Shown here in pieces: positions 43,770 to 54,702 of a DNA stretch of 64,000 nucleotides. The stretch spans positions 1 through 64,000 of the IMG/VR virus record IMGVR_UViG_2700988815_000001; one strand, 5' to 3'. The stretch's first letter is position 1. The number at the start of each line of letters is the position of its first letter. A program made the translations under genes and the position numbers. The notes beneath the pieces are model-generated. The model was not told the origin of the DNA. It ran no database searches and saw only the letters and a program-made list of their open reading frames with translations. The DNA is from a virus. Its lineage: Duplodnaviria; Caudoviricetes.

Positions 43770-44132
43770 ATGGCTATTCAACAAAAAGAAGTATTCATCA
43801 ACGGCGAAACATACCTGCTGACTCAACTGCCGGGTATGACTGGACTGAAGCTTGGTAAGCAATTGATCAAAACCCTTGGCCCATCCTTTGCACAACTGCA
43901 AGGTGAAGAAGCAAGCGTTGCTAAAGCTCTGAACATCCTGTTTGATAACCTAGACGACAATGCAGAAGCACTGATCATCGCCCTTGTTAGCTCTGCTTCG
44001 AAAGGAAGCGTAGCAATCAACTTCAACAACGAGTTCGCTGGAAACTACGACACTCTGTTCCTGTTGGTTAAAGAGATTGTGGAGTTTAACTACGGATCGG
44101 TTTTTCAGATGCTAGGTTCCGGCGTCCTGTAA
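43770..44132 (+). CDS. Tail assembly chaperone
   Basis: Position between tube and tape measure genes. Confidence 0.8.
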   Translation: MAIQQKEVFINGETYLLTQLPGMTGLKLGKQLIKTLGPSFAQLQGEEASVAKALNILFDNLDDNAEALIIALVSSASKGSVAINFNNEFAGNYDTLFLLVKEIVEFNYGSVFQMLGSGVL

Positions 44133-44377
44133 ACTCTAACGCGGAGCCACAGATGGTTCATCCTCGACTGAAAAAGGTTGAGGACGGCTATTCACAAGAC
44201 TGGGAAATCTTCCGTATCATGACAAGTGATATGAGAGGGCTTCCCAGCTACATTGAAATGCAAACCACCTGCAACGTAGAGGACATTTACAACATCCTTG
44301 AGATGCTTGATGCTAAGTTTGAGATGGATGAAGTAGCACGAATCCAGCAAGCACAACAGGCTGCTCAGAATAAATAA
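44099..44377 (+). CDS. Tail assembly chaperone C-terminal extension (-1 frameshift product)
   Basis: -1 frame open from 44090; slippery GGTTTTT at 44099-44105. Confidence 0.7.
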   Translation, partial: GFSDARFRRPVNSNAEPQMVHPRLKKVEDGYSQDWEIFRIMTSDMRGLPSYIEMQTTCNVEDIYNILEMLDAKFEMDEVARIQQAQQAAQNK

Positions 44378-44389
44378 TAGTGAGGCTAT

Positions 44390-46747
44390 ATGTTTCAAGA
44401 GGAAATTGCTCGCCTGACGGGTAAACTTGTATTCCAAGTTGACAACCGTCCATTGACTACGTTTCAAAAGAACCTTACTGGAGTGCTCAACGGCCTCAAG
44501 GAACTTTCGACACTAGCCAATAAGAAATTCACAGTGAAGGTTGCTCTTGATAGCAGGTCGCTTCGTGCTCAGATTGATAAGGCTACCAAGACCAAAATCA
44601 CTCTGAATAATGTCGATATCTCTAACGAAGCTCTTCACACTCAAGGTAAACGAATTCAGGACTACCTGAACAAAACAACAATCAACTTGAACAATGTAAA
44701 GGTTGATATCGGTAAGCTGGTTGAACAGAAGCGTTTCATCAAAACTCTACTTGGCCAGATGCAACTCACTCTGCCAGTTAAGCTTGGATTGAACCAACTA
44801 GAACGAGAACTTCGTACTGAGTTGCAAGCCGTTGGTAAGCGTCAGCACATCACTGTTGAAGCAAACATCAACACAACCCAATTCATCATCAAGCTACGTC
44901 GTGCATTGAAACATGCTCAGAACAGTATTGGTGCATTGAAGATTCGTATTGCTGATCCTCAAGTAAGGCTTAAAGTTGACAAGCAACATTTGATTGACGA
45001 AATCAAAGCTGCTATTGCTTCCCATGAATTCCGTATCCGCATCAATGCACGTGACCAAGACTTCGGTGGTGGCCGTCGTGGTAGTGGTGGAGGTGGTGGT
45101 CGTGGACAAGCTGAGCGTGGCCTTAGTGCTGCGGCAGGCTTCGCCAGAGGCGCTCTACCGGGTCTAGGAGCTGCGTTCGCTCTCAGTGAGATGAACCAGA
45201 TCAACCAACAAGTGCAAGCTGCTACAAATAGCCTACACGCGGTTTCTGGTGATGAGAAGACATTCGGTTCTAACAAAGTGTTCCTTGAAAACATGGCTAA
45301 GGAAATGGGTCTGAACTTCCGTGACATTGCTCCGCAGTTCTCTTCCATCTTCCAAGCTGCTGCACCATCTATTGGAGCAGGCGGTACTCAGGATATGTTC
45401 CGTGGCATCATGAAGTTTGGTACTGTACATGGACTTGATAAAGAGTCTATGAAGGGTAGCATGAGAGCCTTGAGCCAGATGTTCGGTAAGGACAAGATCC
45501 AATCCGAAGAAGCAAGACAACAATTCGCTGAACGTATGCCGGGTGGTATGAAACTCTTGGCAGAAGCTGCTAAGAACGCTGGTATCTCCAAGACTGGTAC
45601 AGTAAAAGAGTTCGAAGAGATTATGAAGTCTGGTAAGGGCGACCCTACTAAGATTCTTCCTGAACTTGCCAAGCTGATGGAAACACTGGCTGACAAGAAC
45701 GATGCTTACGCTAAGTCTTTGCTTACAACACGTGTTGCTCAAGGTCGAATGAATAAAGCCTTTGAAGATTCTGTAATGCTCTTCGCAGAAGGTGGTTTTG
45801 ACCGTGGTATGGCAAGCTTCTTCAACGCACTCACAGACGGAATGGAAAGAGCTAAACCTCTGACCGAAGCTCTTGGTGGTGCATTTGAAATCCTGATCAA
45901 ACCAATCAACGCCTTGATTCGTATCGTTGGTGCTATTGGCGAGAACTGGGGTAAGTTTGCTGAGGCTCTTGGTGTATCTAAGACAGCTCTGGCGACATTC
46001 GCTTCTGCTCTTGCAATCTTCATGCTTCCATTCGGTGCTTTCATTACTGCTATCGGTGTTGCTGCTCTAGCAATCGACGACCTGCTAACATACTTCGATG
46101 GTGGTGAATCTGTATTCGGTAATTGGGTCAAGAACACTGAGGGTGGTCAAGAAGCTATTGACGGATTGAATGAGTCTCTTGAAACTCTCAAGAAGACTTG
46201 GACTGAGTTGAAGAATTCTTTTGAAGGTGTTACCAACCCATTCAAAGATTGGTCGCTAGACGCTACGCTACTTTCTGCACTGGACTCTGTAAAGGCTTTG
46301 CTTGACAGCATCACAAGTGTCATGAAGGCAACTATCCAGATTAAAGAGGGCAACTACGCTGACGCTGGTAAGACCTTGTTCGAAGGTGCTAAGACTGCCT
46401 ACGAAGGCTTCCCACTTACAAAGATTTACAAAGCTGGTTCTGCTGCTGCCGGTGGTGCTGTTGATAGTGGACTTGGCTATCTGATGAATCCAAACGGCTC
46501 TATGAAAAACAACCTTCCAGAAACATACTCTGGTAAGATTGATAGAAGCGGTGGAGGAAACACGCCACTCCAACCAATCACAATTGCTCCGGGTGCTATT
46601 CCACTTACACTGACTGTTCAAGCTCCAGAAGGGACTGACCCTCACGTCTTCGGTGATAAACTGGGCGTACATGTTCAGACACTTCTTAACGACGGTATCA
46701 TGAATATGCTGGGTGCTGCTAGAGCACAACAAGCGGAGGGACAATAA
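44390..46747 (+). CDS. Tape measure protein
   Basis: ALSQMFGKDKIQSEE.RQQFAE tape-measure motif; 785 aa. Confidence 0.93.
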   Translation: MFQEEIARLTGKLVFQVDNRPLTTFQKNLTGVLNGLKELSTLANKKFTVKVALDSRSLRAQIDKATKTKITLNNVDISNEALHTQGKRIQDYLNKTTINLNNVKVDIGKLVEQKRFIKTLLGQMQLTLPVKLGLNQLERELRTELQAVGKRQHITVEANINTTQFIIKLRRALKHAQNSIGALKIRIADPQVRLKVDKQHLIDEIKAAIASHEFRIRINARDQDFGGGRRGSGGGGGRGQAERGLSAAAGFARGALPGLGAAFALSEMNQINQQVQAATNSLHAVSGDEKTFGSNKVFLENMAKEMGLNFRDIAPQFSSIFQAAAPSIGAGGTQDMFRGIMKFGTVHGLDKESMKGSMRALSQMFGKDKIQSEEARQQFAERMPGGMKLLAEAAKNAGISKTGTVKEFEEIMKSGKGDPTKILPELAKLMETLADKNDAYAKSLLTTRVAQGRMNKAFEDSVMLFAEGGFDRGMASFFNALTDGMERAKPLTEALGGAFEILIKPINALIRIVGAIGENWGKFAEALGVSKTALATFASALAIFMLPFGAFITAIGVAALAIDDLLTYFDGGESVFGNWVKNTEGGQEAIDGLNESLETLKKTWTELKNSFEGVTNPFKDWSLDATLLSALDSVKALLDSITSVMKATIQIKEGNYADAGKTLFEGAKTAYEGFPLTKIYKAGSAAAGGAVDSGLGYLMNPNGSMKNNLPETYSGKIDRSGGGNTPLQPITIAPGAIPLTLTVQAPEGTDPHVFGDKLGVHVQTLLNDGIMNMLGAARAQQAEGQ

Positions 46748-47550
46748 TGTCTATCGTTATCAGACGTAACAACGGCGACATTCTGTGGTTCGACGCAATC
46801 ACACAATACGACGTGAACTACACTGCGACAGTAACTAAACACCCCGTCGCCAGCGGCGGGTTTATCTCTGACCACACGACAACCGATAACGTTGTCTTGA
46901 ACATCAGCGGTATTCTTTCTGACGCAGACTTCAACATCAACAGGCCAGCGAATCTCGGTTCGCTGCCTACCTTCCAATTCGATACTGGTGCTCACGTACC
47001 AGTTGACGAGAATGGATTGTACAAACCAGTTAGCAAGCAGTACACAAACAACTCTGCTGTTGTGTATCCAGTAACCATCACTGACAAGAGTTCTATCAAC
47101 AAGATTCTCCCAGAGGTTATTGCTCAGTTCACAAAGGACACTATCCCTGATGCGTTTGTAACTCAACAGGATAAAGACAAGACAGCTAAGGCTGTACAGC
47201 GTGAGTTGATCAGAATGTGGAAAGAGCGTGAAGAGTTCCAAGTGCTTGATTTGTTGGAAGACTTCGTAATCGACTCCTTCGGGCCTTGTGTTCTCACAAA
47301 CCTAACATTCAGAGAAGATGAGTCATCTGGTGAGGCTTTGTTCCCAAGCATGACAATCGAACAAGTTGTGTTCACTGACTTGCAGGAAATTACTGTGCAG
47401 GTGAAGACTTCTAACAAAGGCCGCAAGACTGGTTCGATTACAACGAAAACTGGCGCTGCTGCTGAGACTGCACCAGATCACGCACCAAGAACTTACACCA
47501 AAGACTCTAAGAGTTCTGCTGTGAAACCAGTTGGCCCAACAACACAATAA
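46747..47550 (+). CDS. Baseplate/tail tube initiator
   Basis: TKHPV.SG..ISDH motif; follows TMP. Confidence 0.75.
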   Translation: MSIVIRRNNGDILWFDAITQYDVNYTATVTKHPVASGGFISDHTTTDNVVLNISGILSDADFNINRPANLGSLPTFQFDTGAHVPVDENGLYKPVSKQYTNNSAVVYPVTITDKSSINKILPEVIAQFTKDTIPDAFVTQQDKDKTAKAVQRELIRMWKEREEFQVLDLLEDFVIDSFGPCVLTNLTFREDESSGEALFPSMTIEQVVFTDLQEITVQVKTSNKGRKTGSITTKTGAAAETAPDHAPRTYTKDSKSSAVKPVGPTTQ

Positions 47551-47560
47551 GGGGTAGACA

Positions 47561-47902
47561 ATGACTACAACCGTTTATATTGAAATGCCCTTGTACGAAG
47601 ATTTGAAGTACCGTTATGGACTGTCCCTAGAAGGACAGTCTTTTCAGTTTACATTCTACTGGAATACAAGATGCTCTCAGTGGCATTTGGATTTGAGACG
47701 AGAAGACCAGACACCAATTATTCTTGGGTACGCTCTTGTCCCTCAATATCCAATGATGGTTGACTACAACTTGGAAGACTACGGCTTGTCCGGTTACTTC
47801 CTGTTGCTACCAGTCAACGCCACAATCTCAAACAAAATTACAGAAGAGCCAAGCATTATGCCTGAGTTCTTTTCTCTCTTTTACGTCTACAATACGGAGT
47901 GA
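47561..47902 (+). CDS. Baseplate protein
   Basis: WNTR...W motif; position. Confidence 0.7.
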   Translation: MTTTVYIEMPLYEDLKYRYGLSLEGQSFQFTFYWNTRCSQWHLDLRREDQTPIILGYALVPQYPMMVDYNLEDYGLSGYFLLLPVNATISNKITEEPSIMPEFFSLFYVYNTE

Positions 47903-47905
47903 TAT

Positions 47906-48826
47906 ATGCAGAAGGATAGAGTGTTCTCCCTAAAGATTGGAGACTATCAAACAGGCAACGGCCTATTGATTGAGCACCCTCGTAGAGACAGCGATGGTAA
48001 CTTGACCGATAACATCTGGCAGATTACCTTTGACATTTCCAAGAGTGCTGACAACAAACGCAACAACGGCAACTCGGCCACTATCGAGATTTACAATCTA
48101 TCCGACTCGCAGATTCAACTCCTTGAGAGCGACTACCTTGAGGTGGAGTTCTCTGTAGGTTATGAGTCTTCCGGTGCTCACACAATTGTTGTGGGCAACG
48201 TGACTGAATCTTCCACAGTGAAGAGTGGCAACGATTATGTTACTCAACTGAGGATTGGGGAAGGATACACAGACTTGAACCACCAAAGACTTGCCAAGAT
48301 GGTGAGTCCGGGTAAAACAGTGGGCGATGTGCTTGAAGAGATTCGTCAACAAATGCCGGGTGTTGCACGTGGTGCTTACACTGGAACAAACCTTAACAAC
48401 CCAATCGTATTCGGTTGGAGATTGAAAGGGACTCCACGTGAAATGCTGATGAAACTCTGTGAAGCACAGAACATGGAATACAATATCAATGCTGGTGTAT
48501 TGAACGTATCGCAAGAGAACGGATTGTTGTCTAAGGACACACAACTCGCTCCAGTGTTGAACGCAAACACAGGATTGATTGACCTTCCATTCCACACATC
48601 TGAAACAGGACGTAAGCCAAAGAAGGACGCCAAGCGTCGTCGTGGTGTCCAGTTCAAAGCGTTGCTCAACACTGACATTGTTCCCGGCAAGATTGTAAAG
48701 CTGGAAAGTAAGTGGATCACAGGATTCTATCGTGTGAACTCTGCTCGTTTCTCTGGAGACTTCCGAGGGAATGATTGGTATGTGGAGTGCTTCTGCTCTG
48801 AGATTCAAGCGGAGGACTTGGTATGA
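47906..48826 (+). CDS. Baseplate hub protein
   Basis: IEIYNL, VGY and TGLI.P motifs; precedes spike. Confidence 0.8.
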   Translation: MQKDRVFSLKIGDYQTGNGLLIEHPRRDSDGNLTDNIWQITFDISKSADNKRNNGNSATIEIYNLSDSQIQLLESDYLEVEFSVGYESSGAHTIVVGNVTESSTVKSGNDYVTQLRIGEGYTDLNHQRLAKMVSPGKTVGDVLEEIRQQMPGVARGAYTGTNLNNPIVFGWRLKGTPREMLMKLCEAQNMEYNINAGVLNVSQENGLLSKDTQLAPVLNANTGLIDLPFHTSETGRKPKKDAKRRRGVQFKALLNTDIVPGKIVKLESKWITGFYRVNSARFSGDFRGNDWYVECFCSEIQAEDLV

Positions 48827-49584
48827 TTGCACAAGATTTTATGGATATCATCCGAACACAGTTCAGGATTGACATGGCTGATATTCACACAGCCATTCCA
48901 TGTAAGGTGGTTCACGTACACCAGAACATGGAACAACAGAAGGTGGACGTTATCCCGTCCGTCAACACACTACTTAAAGATGGAACTGGCGAAGAGGGTA
49001 TGCAGATTCTTGGTGTACCAATTATCTTCCCCGGTTCTGCCAACACACTTATGAGCTTCCCAATCAATCCGGGTGACACTGTTTGGGTTATGTTCTCTGA
49101 ACGATCTATGGACAACTTCAAGATCGGTTCTGGCGAACCAACTACAGCTAACGACTACAGAAAGTTTTCTGACCAAGACGCTGTGGCTATCCCCGGTTTG
49201 TTCCCATTCGGTAAGAGTATCAACACACCACAAGTAAGAAAGTTTGCCCATGAGCCAAACAGAGACTTGTGCATTGCACACAACATTGCTTCTGGCACTG
49301 AGGTGAATATCCTGCTGAAACAGAATGGTGACTTGATTATCAACACTGAGTCGGCTGTAACTGTGAACTGTAAGACTGGTGTGATTAACGCCACGGAGTC
49401 TTACACTATCAACACTCCAACGATGAACATCAATGCCAACACCACAAACTGGACAGGCAATATCATCCACACTGGTAACTACACAATGACAGGACAAGCC
49501 ACATTCAATGGTGTGCTGTTCGACACTCACTTCCACTCTGGCGTTACGCCGGGTTCTGGAAACTCTGGCCCAGTTGCTGGCTAA
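48823..49584 (+). CDS. Baseplate central spike (gpV/gp138-like)
   Basis: OB fold plus beta-helix; C-terminal THFHSG (HxH). Confidence 0.9.
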   Translation: MIAQDFMDIIRTQFRIDMADIHTAIPCKVVHVHQNMEQQKVDVIPSVNTLLKDGTGEEGMQILGVPIIFPGSANTLMSFPINPGDTVWVMFSERSMDNFKIGSGEPTTANDYRKFSDQDAVAIPGLFPFGKSINTPQVRKFAHEPNRDLCIAHNIASGTEVNILLKQNGDLIINTESAVTVNCKTGVINATESYTINTPTMNINANTTNWTGNIIHTGNYTMTGQATFNGVLFDTHFHSGVTPGSGNSGPVAG

Positions 49585-49592
49585 GGAGATTT

Positions 49593-49958
49593 ATGGACTT
49601 GCTACTCAATTCGGATACGGGCGATCTGGTCTTTCAGAACGGTGCTTGCCCAGCCACACAACTACAGGCAGACGTTGTTGCTCAGCGTCTGCGTATCAAA
49701 CTCTACACATTCTATGGTGAATGGTTTCTGAACACTACAATCGGTGTTCCATACATCCAACAGGTTTTCACTAAGGTGAGAAAGAAGAGCACAATTGACC
49801 TTATCTTCCAAGGAATCATTTCTGCTGATCCGGGTGTAATTGAAATCCTGACCTTCACTTCTTCTATCAACGCCCAGCGTGGATACACAATGACATTCTC
49901 TGTAAGAGCTTTGGACAACACTGAATCTCTTCCACTTACAATTTCTATCGGAGGTTAA
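49593..49958 (+). CDS. Baseplate wedge/sheath initiator (gp25-like)
   Basis: GEWFLN..GVPY motif. Confidence 0.8.
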   Translation: MDLLLNSDTGDLVFQNGACPATQLQADVVAQRLRIKLYTFYGEWFLNTTIGVPYIQQVFTKVRKKSTIDLIFQGIISADPGVIEILTFTSSINAQRGYTMTFSVRALDNTESLPLTISIGG

Positions 49959-49960
49959 TA

Positions 49961-51418
49961 ATGGCCGGTCTTTCCCGCGAAGGTCTGGAAATCAAAACGC
50001 TTGATGACGTTTTGACAGACTATAAAACAACTGCTGCATCCATCTTCTCTGACCTTGTACCTGCTGGTGACGTTGTTGACGTTGGGGATAACTCTGCCAT
50101 CGGTCGTATGATCGGTGTTGTTGCCCCTGCTGAGGCTTCCGTCTGGGAGGCGCTACAACAGGTCTTTGACAGCTTTAACCCAACAACCGCTATCGGTATC
50201 GCCCTAGACAACATCATCGCCCTGAGCGGGATCACACGCCTTGCTGCACAACCAACAAGAGCACAGGTGATTCTGGAAGGCGACCTGAACATCATCGTAA
50301 GCTCTCCACTTGGTAAAGCGTACAGCTCTTCTACACAACGTGTATTTTCTATCCTGAATCCTGTGACTTTGAACCTACTTCAAGCGTCCGGTATTGGTAT
50401 CTACCCAACAACAATTGCAAACAACACAGTATACAGATTCAGTTACAGTGTTGACGGTGTTAACTTCCTTGACGCTGAGTACACTTCTCCTGTGTCTGGA
50501 ACCACAGCTCAGGTAATTTTGGACGGTGTGCAACAAAAAGTTGAAGATTTGTTCTCTGCGACCTTTACAACTTACCAAAGTGGTGGTAGACTATACATTA
50601 CTAGGACAGATCCTTTCCAAGTAGCTGACTTCGATGTGAGTGTAAACTTGCAGGTACAGAAGGTAAGAAAACTTGGCATCGTTGTTGACGATGTGGTTGG
50701 TGTCTTCCCACAAGAAGCCCTAGCAATCGACACAATCTCTGTACCCATCGCTGGATGGGATTCTGTCGTCAACCCAGTAGCTGCGACTACAGGACGTTTG
50801 ACTGAGACAGATGAAGAGCTTCGTGAACGTTTCCGCAACAGTAAATTCTTCCAATCTCAAAACATCCTTGAAGGCATCATCGACGCACTATTCAACGTGC
50901 AAGGTGTTGTTGACGTGGCTGTATACGAGAACGACACAGACGCCGTAGACATTAACGGTGTACCGGGTCACAGCTTCTTGCCAATCGTTCTGGGTGGCCT
51001 ACCATCCGACATTGCAGAAGCCATCTGGGAGAACAAGCCAACAGGTATTCCATCCGTTGGTGATACAACTGTGCAGATTGCTGACAGCCAAGGATTCCTT
51101 CACAATATTTCCTACAGACAACCAGATGAAGTTCCTATCTACATCACAATGACAATTGAAGACCTCGGCGGAATGCCGGGTGACGCTCCAGCACAGATCA
51201 AACAAAACTTGGTCAACTACTCTGACGCAACTCTCTTCATTGGAACTGACGTAGTTTACTCTCGTCTCTACACACCAATCAACAGTGTTGGTGGGTTCGC
51301 TGTAAACTCTTTGTTCATTGGAACATCTCCAAGCCCAGTCGGGACAGCCAACATCGTAATTGACTTCGATCAGGTTGCTACAATCTCTGCTGACAACATT
51401 ATCGTAACACCTGTTTAA
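49961..51418 (+). CDS. Baseplate J-like wedge protein
   Basis: A.GIALD and ETDEELRER motifs. Confidence 0.92.
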   Translation: MAGLSREGLEIKTLDDVLTDYKTTAASIFSDLVPAGDVVDVGDNSAIGRMIGVVAPAEASVWEALQQVFDSFNPTTAIGIALDNIIALSGITRLAAQPTRAQVILEGDLNIIVSSPLGKAYSSSTQRVFSILNPVTLNLLQASGIGIYPTTIANNTVYRFSYSVDGVNFLDAEYTSPVSGTTAQVILDGVQQKVEDLFSATFTTYQSGGRLYITRTDPFQVADFDVSVNLQVQKVRKLGIVVDDVVGVFPQEALAIDTISVPIAGWDSVVNPVAATTGRLTETDEELRERFRNSKFFQSQNILEGIIDALFNVQGVVDVAVYENDTDAVDINGVPGHSFLPIVLGGLPSDIAEAIWENKPTGIPSVGDTTVQIADSQGFLHNISYRQPDEVPIYITMTIEDLGGMPGDAPAQIKQNLVNYSDATLFIGTDVVYSRLYTPINSVGGFAVNSLFIGTSPSPVGTANIVIDFDQVATISADNIIVTPV

Positions 51419-51429
51419 TCGGAGGATTT

Positions 51430-52164
51430 GTGTCTGAACTCAATCCCTTTGTAGAAGAAGAGTTCCTGAATGTGGCACGTTCGCGTGTCACAGAACAGTT
51501 CAAGAACAAACGAATTTATGACAAGTATTTGCAACTCCTGCTTTCGGGTAAGGTTGAATTGCAGAAGGTCATTAAAGATACCATGCAACTCCGTTCTTTG
51601 GATACTGCTGTTGGTGCTCAGTTGGATGTTATCGGTGAGATTGTAGGACGCCCACGCGGTCTTGTAACCTCCGATATCTTCTACTACTTTGGTTTTGAAG
51701 GTGCCCCACAGGGTGAATCTTTCAGCTCCACAACTGACGCCACTGCCGGTGGACAATGGTACTCTCTTGACGCTCCAGTTGGTATCAGCCGTGAGCCAAG
51801 TGACGAAGAGTATCGTTTGATCCTCAAAGCGAAGATCATTAAAAACAGAACAATGGCAAGACCAGAAGACGTAATCGCCGCATACAAGTTTTTGTTCGGT
51901 GCGTCTCAAGTAACTATCACTGAGTTGGCTCCCGCTGAAGTGCGTATTGGTATTGGTAAAATCCTAACCAACGTGGAACGTGGCTTGCTGTTCGACTTGG
52001 GTGGTGCTGGTCAGTTGCTGCCTAAGCCTGCTGGTGTGAGCTATGCCTACACTGAATATCAAGCAGGAAGGGTGTTCGCCACAGACGGATTTCCCGGTGC
52101 TCAAGGTACTGGTGATCTGAATAATCCATCTGTAGGTGGATTCCTCTCTAACCTCATTACATAA
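51430..52164 (+). CDS. Baseplate wedge protein (DUF2612-like)
   Basis: LDTAVGAQLDVIGEIVG, DEEYR and LPKPAGV motifs. Confidence 0.85.
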   Translation: MSELNPFVEEEFLNVARSRVTEQFKNKRIYDKYLQLLLSGKVELQKVIKDTMQLRSLDTAVGAQLDVIGEIVGRPRGLVTSDIFYYFGFEGAPQGESFSSTTDATAGGQWYSLDAPVGISREPSDEEYRLILKAKIIKNRTMARPEDVIAAYKFLFGASQVTITELAPAEVRIGIGKILTNVERGLLFDLGGAGQLLPKPAGVSYAYTEYQAGRVFATDGFPGAQGTGDLNNPSVGGFLSNLIT

Positions 52165-52175
52165 AAGGAACTAAC

Positions 52176-54653
52176 ATGGATCTGATTAAATATGACATGG
52201 CGGATATCTGGGCCTCTGCGGGTGACGTAGTTGCACCAGACTCTGCTAAGATTGCACAAGGTTGGGGTGTCGAAGTTGTTCCACGTCAATGGTGGAACTG
52301 GTTTGAAAACCGTCAAGACAACAACCTTGCTTACATGCTTCAAAAGGGTTTCCCAGAATGGGACGCCACAACTGAATACATCATCAACAAGAGTTATGTT
52401 CAACGTAGTGGTATTGTCTACAAGGCAACTGCAACAAGCACAAACTCTGACCCAATTGCATTGCTCTCTTGGGTAAAGGCTTTCCCAGAATCGTCTAACA
52501 GCCTTGAAGCTATTCGTACACTGACTCCTGCCGCTGACCGTGTTCCATATTACACTGGTGCTGACACCGCTGCTCTGATGACTGTTACAGCCTTTGCTCG
52601 TACACTTCTGGACGACCCCAATGTAACAACAATGCGTTCCACTTTGGGCGCTCAAGCTACTCACCCTAACTTGACAACTCTGTCCACTGTGACGGCTGCT
52701 GCTAACGCCCTGCCATACTTCACAGGAACAAACTCTGCTGCTACGACAACACTTACATCGTTCGGTCGTTCTCTGATTGACGACGCTGACGCTGTTGCTG
52801 CACGTACAACACTTGGACTAACATCTGCTGCAATCACTCAGCTACAGGCTAACGCAACTGAGCGTGATATCGCCAAAATCATGCGTGTTGGTGCTTTCGG
52901 TCTGGGTAGTTTCCTTGACCTGCGTACACACATCTACGCAACTGGTGTTCCAAGTGATTGCTACTCTGCTGGTACAGTCTTCGGATTTGTAAACGGTGGT
53001 GTTGGTGGCTTGGCTATTCCGGGGCTATCTGGTACTCAATACGGTGTCCTGCAAGTTAACGGACAATACAGCGATGCTTCTGGCCTTACCGCTATGTCTC
53101 GCGTATTCATCGGGCCAAGTGGACGTACTTTCACTCAAACTGCTTCCTCTGCTTCGGCTTGGGGCACATGGGTTGAATCTTGGACTACAGGCAACCTAAC
53201 AAAGACAACAAGCAACCGTGACACAACAGCAGGCTCTATGCTGAAAGTTGGTGACTTCGGTCTTGGTGCTGGTGTTGGTTTGACAACAGACGACCTTAAC
53301 ACTGTAATTGACTCCGGCTTCTATCGCCTCTCCACTGCCACTACTAACTACCCGCATGCAAACGCTGGCTTCGGTCAGATGATTGTGTGTCGCGGACAAG
53401 ATACAATCTCTCAGATGGTATTCAGCTATACTGGCCCGCGTATTTGGACTCGCTCTGGCAACCCAACTAACGTTGGTGGTGTTGGTGTTTGGACTCCGTG
53501 GGTTGAACTGTACCACACTGGTAACACTTCTCAGATCGTTTCTGACGTAACTGCTGGTATCCAACCACAATTGGACGCCAAAGTTAACAAAGCTGGCGAT
53601 GTAATGACTGGTCAGTTGAGAGTTCCAAACATTGTTTACACTCCATTGTCTGGACAAGGCGGTACTGCCTACTTCCTAGCGAACGGCTCTACTGCTCCGG
53701 GTGGTACTGACGCAAACATCACAGTGGACACACCTACTGCCGGTAACAACGGTGGACGTATGGTGGTCAACGCTGGCAGGTTCTATATGAACTGCCCTAC
53801 CACTACAATTGGTGTCGCGTCCTTCCAGTCTGATATCAACACATCTGGTAACGTGTCGGCTGTTAACCTTAATGCCTCTGGCACAATTACTGGTGCGTAT
53901 ATTACCTCTACAGGTAACGTAAACGCAGCCGGCACTTTCACTGGTTCTCAAGTCAGCGTCTCTGGCGGTGTTACAGCAGCTAATGGATCTGGTGCTGTTA
54001 CAATTAGTGCTGGTGTTGTCTCTATCAAGTCTACCTCTGCTGGTGCTAACGCCCACGTTTGGTTCTACGACAACGTAGGTAACACGCGTGGTATCATCTA
54101 CGCTCAGCAGTCCAACACTATCACCCTTCAAGCTGGTGGTGCGGTTTGTGCGAACTTCAGTCCTAGTGGTGGTGCAAGTTTCAACCTGACAAGCACATCT
54201 GGTATTGAAAACAACGGACGTGTACGTTCTCTAAAGAACGGAGTCCCAGTTAACGGCAGCATGTACGCAAACTGCCACTACATGGCTGAAACCGCTGACG
54301 GTACACCACCTGCCTACTCTTGGCACCGTGGTGGTAGCTACGCCCTAGCGGTATGGCTGACTAACGGCAACGAATTGCAGATGATGGGTTCTGACGGTGT
54401 AAGTCGTGAGATTGTTAACAACTCCAACCTACCGGCTTGGAACAACTCTCTGTACGCCAACGGCAACCAAAACATTGGTAGCTACGCCTTCGCCCGTAAC
54501 GGCGGCGGTACAGTTGGATTCGGTGGTGCTCAGTCTGGTAGCGTATTGTCTCCGGGTTCCACAGGTGCAAACGCTGGTGCTCTTTCTGGTACTTGGATTT
54601 GCCTTGGATACGCTGGTGGCGGCAACCACACACTGTGGATCAGAACTTCCTGA
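52176..54653 (+). CDS. Tail fibre protein 1
   Basis: WNW..NRQD anchor, YFTG..LT.FGR repeats, knob-like VGxFGLG...W..W domains. Confidence 0.92.
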   Translation: MDLIKYDMADIWASAGDVVAPDSAKIAQGWGVEVVPRQWWNWFENRQDNNLAYMLQKGFPEWDATTEYIINKSYVQRSGIVYKATATSTNSDPIALLSWVKAFPESSNSLEAIRTLTPAADRVPYYTGADTAALMTVTAFARTLLDDPNVTTMRSTLGAQATHPNLTTLSTVTAAANALPYFTGTNSAATTTLTSFGRSLIDDADAVAARTTLGLTSAAITQLQANATERDIAKIMRVGAFGLGSFLDLRTHIYATGVPSDCYSAGTVFGFVNGGVGGLAIPGLSGTQYGVLQVNGQYSDASGLTAMSRVFIGPSGRTFTQTASSASAWGTWVESWTTGNLTKTTSNRDTTAGSMLKVGDFGLGAGVGLTTDDLNTVIDSGFYRLSTATTNYPHANAGFGQMIVCRGQDTISQMVFSYTGPRIWTRSGNPTNVGGVGVWTPWVELYHTGNTSQIVSDVTAGIQPQLDAKVNKAGDVMTGQLRVPNIVYTPLSGQGGTAYFLANGSTAPGGTDANITVDTPTAGNNGGRMVVNAGRFYMNCPTTTIGVASFQSDINTSGNVSAVNLNASGTITGAYITSTGNVNAAGTFTGSQVSVSGGVTAANGSGAVTISAGVVSIKSTSAGANAHVWFYDNVGNTRGIIYAQQSNTITLQAGGAVCANFSPSGGASFNLTSTSGIENNGRVRSLKNGVPVNGSMYANCHYMAETADGTPPAYSWHRGGSYALAVWLTNGNELQMMGSDGVSREIVNNSNLPAWNNSLYANGNQNIGSYAFARNGGGTVGFGGAQSGSVLSPGSTGANAGALSGTWICLGYAGGGNHTLWIRTS

Positions 54654-54660
54654 TATACTT

Positions 54661-54690
54661 GAGGCTCAGCTTGCTGGGCCTCCCTCTTTT
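54661..54690 (+). terminator. Terminator-like hairpin
   Basis: GAGGCTCAGC-tt-GCTGGGCCTC followed by a pyrimidine tract. Confidence 0.6.
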
Positions 54691-54702
54691 AAGGAGAATT
54701 AA

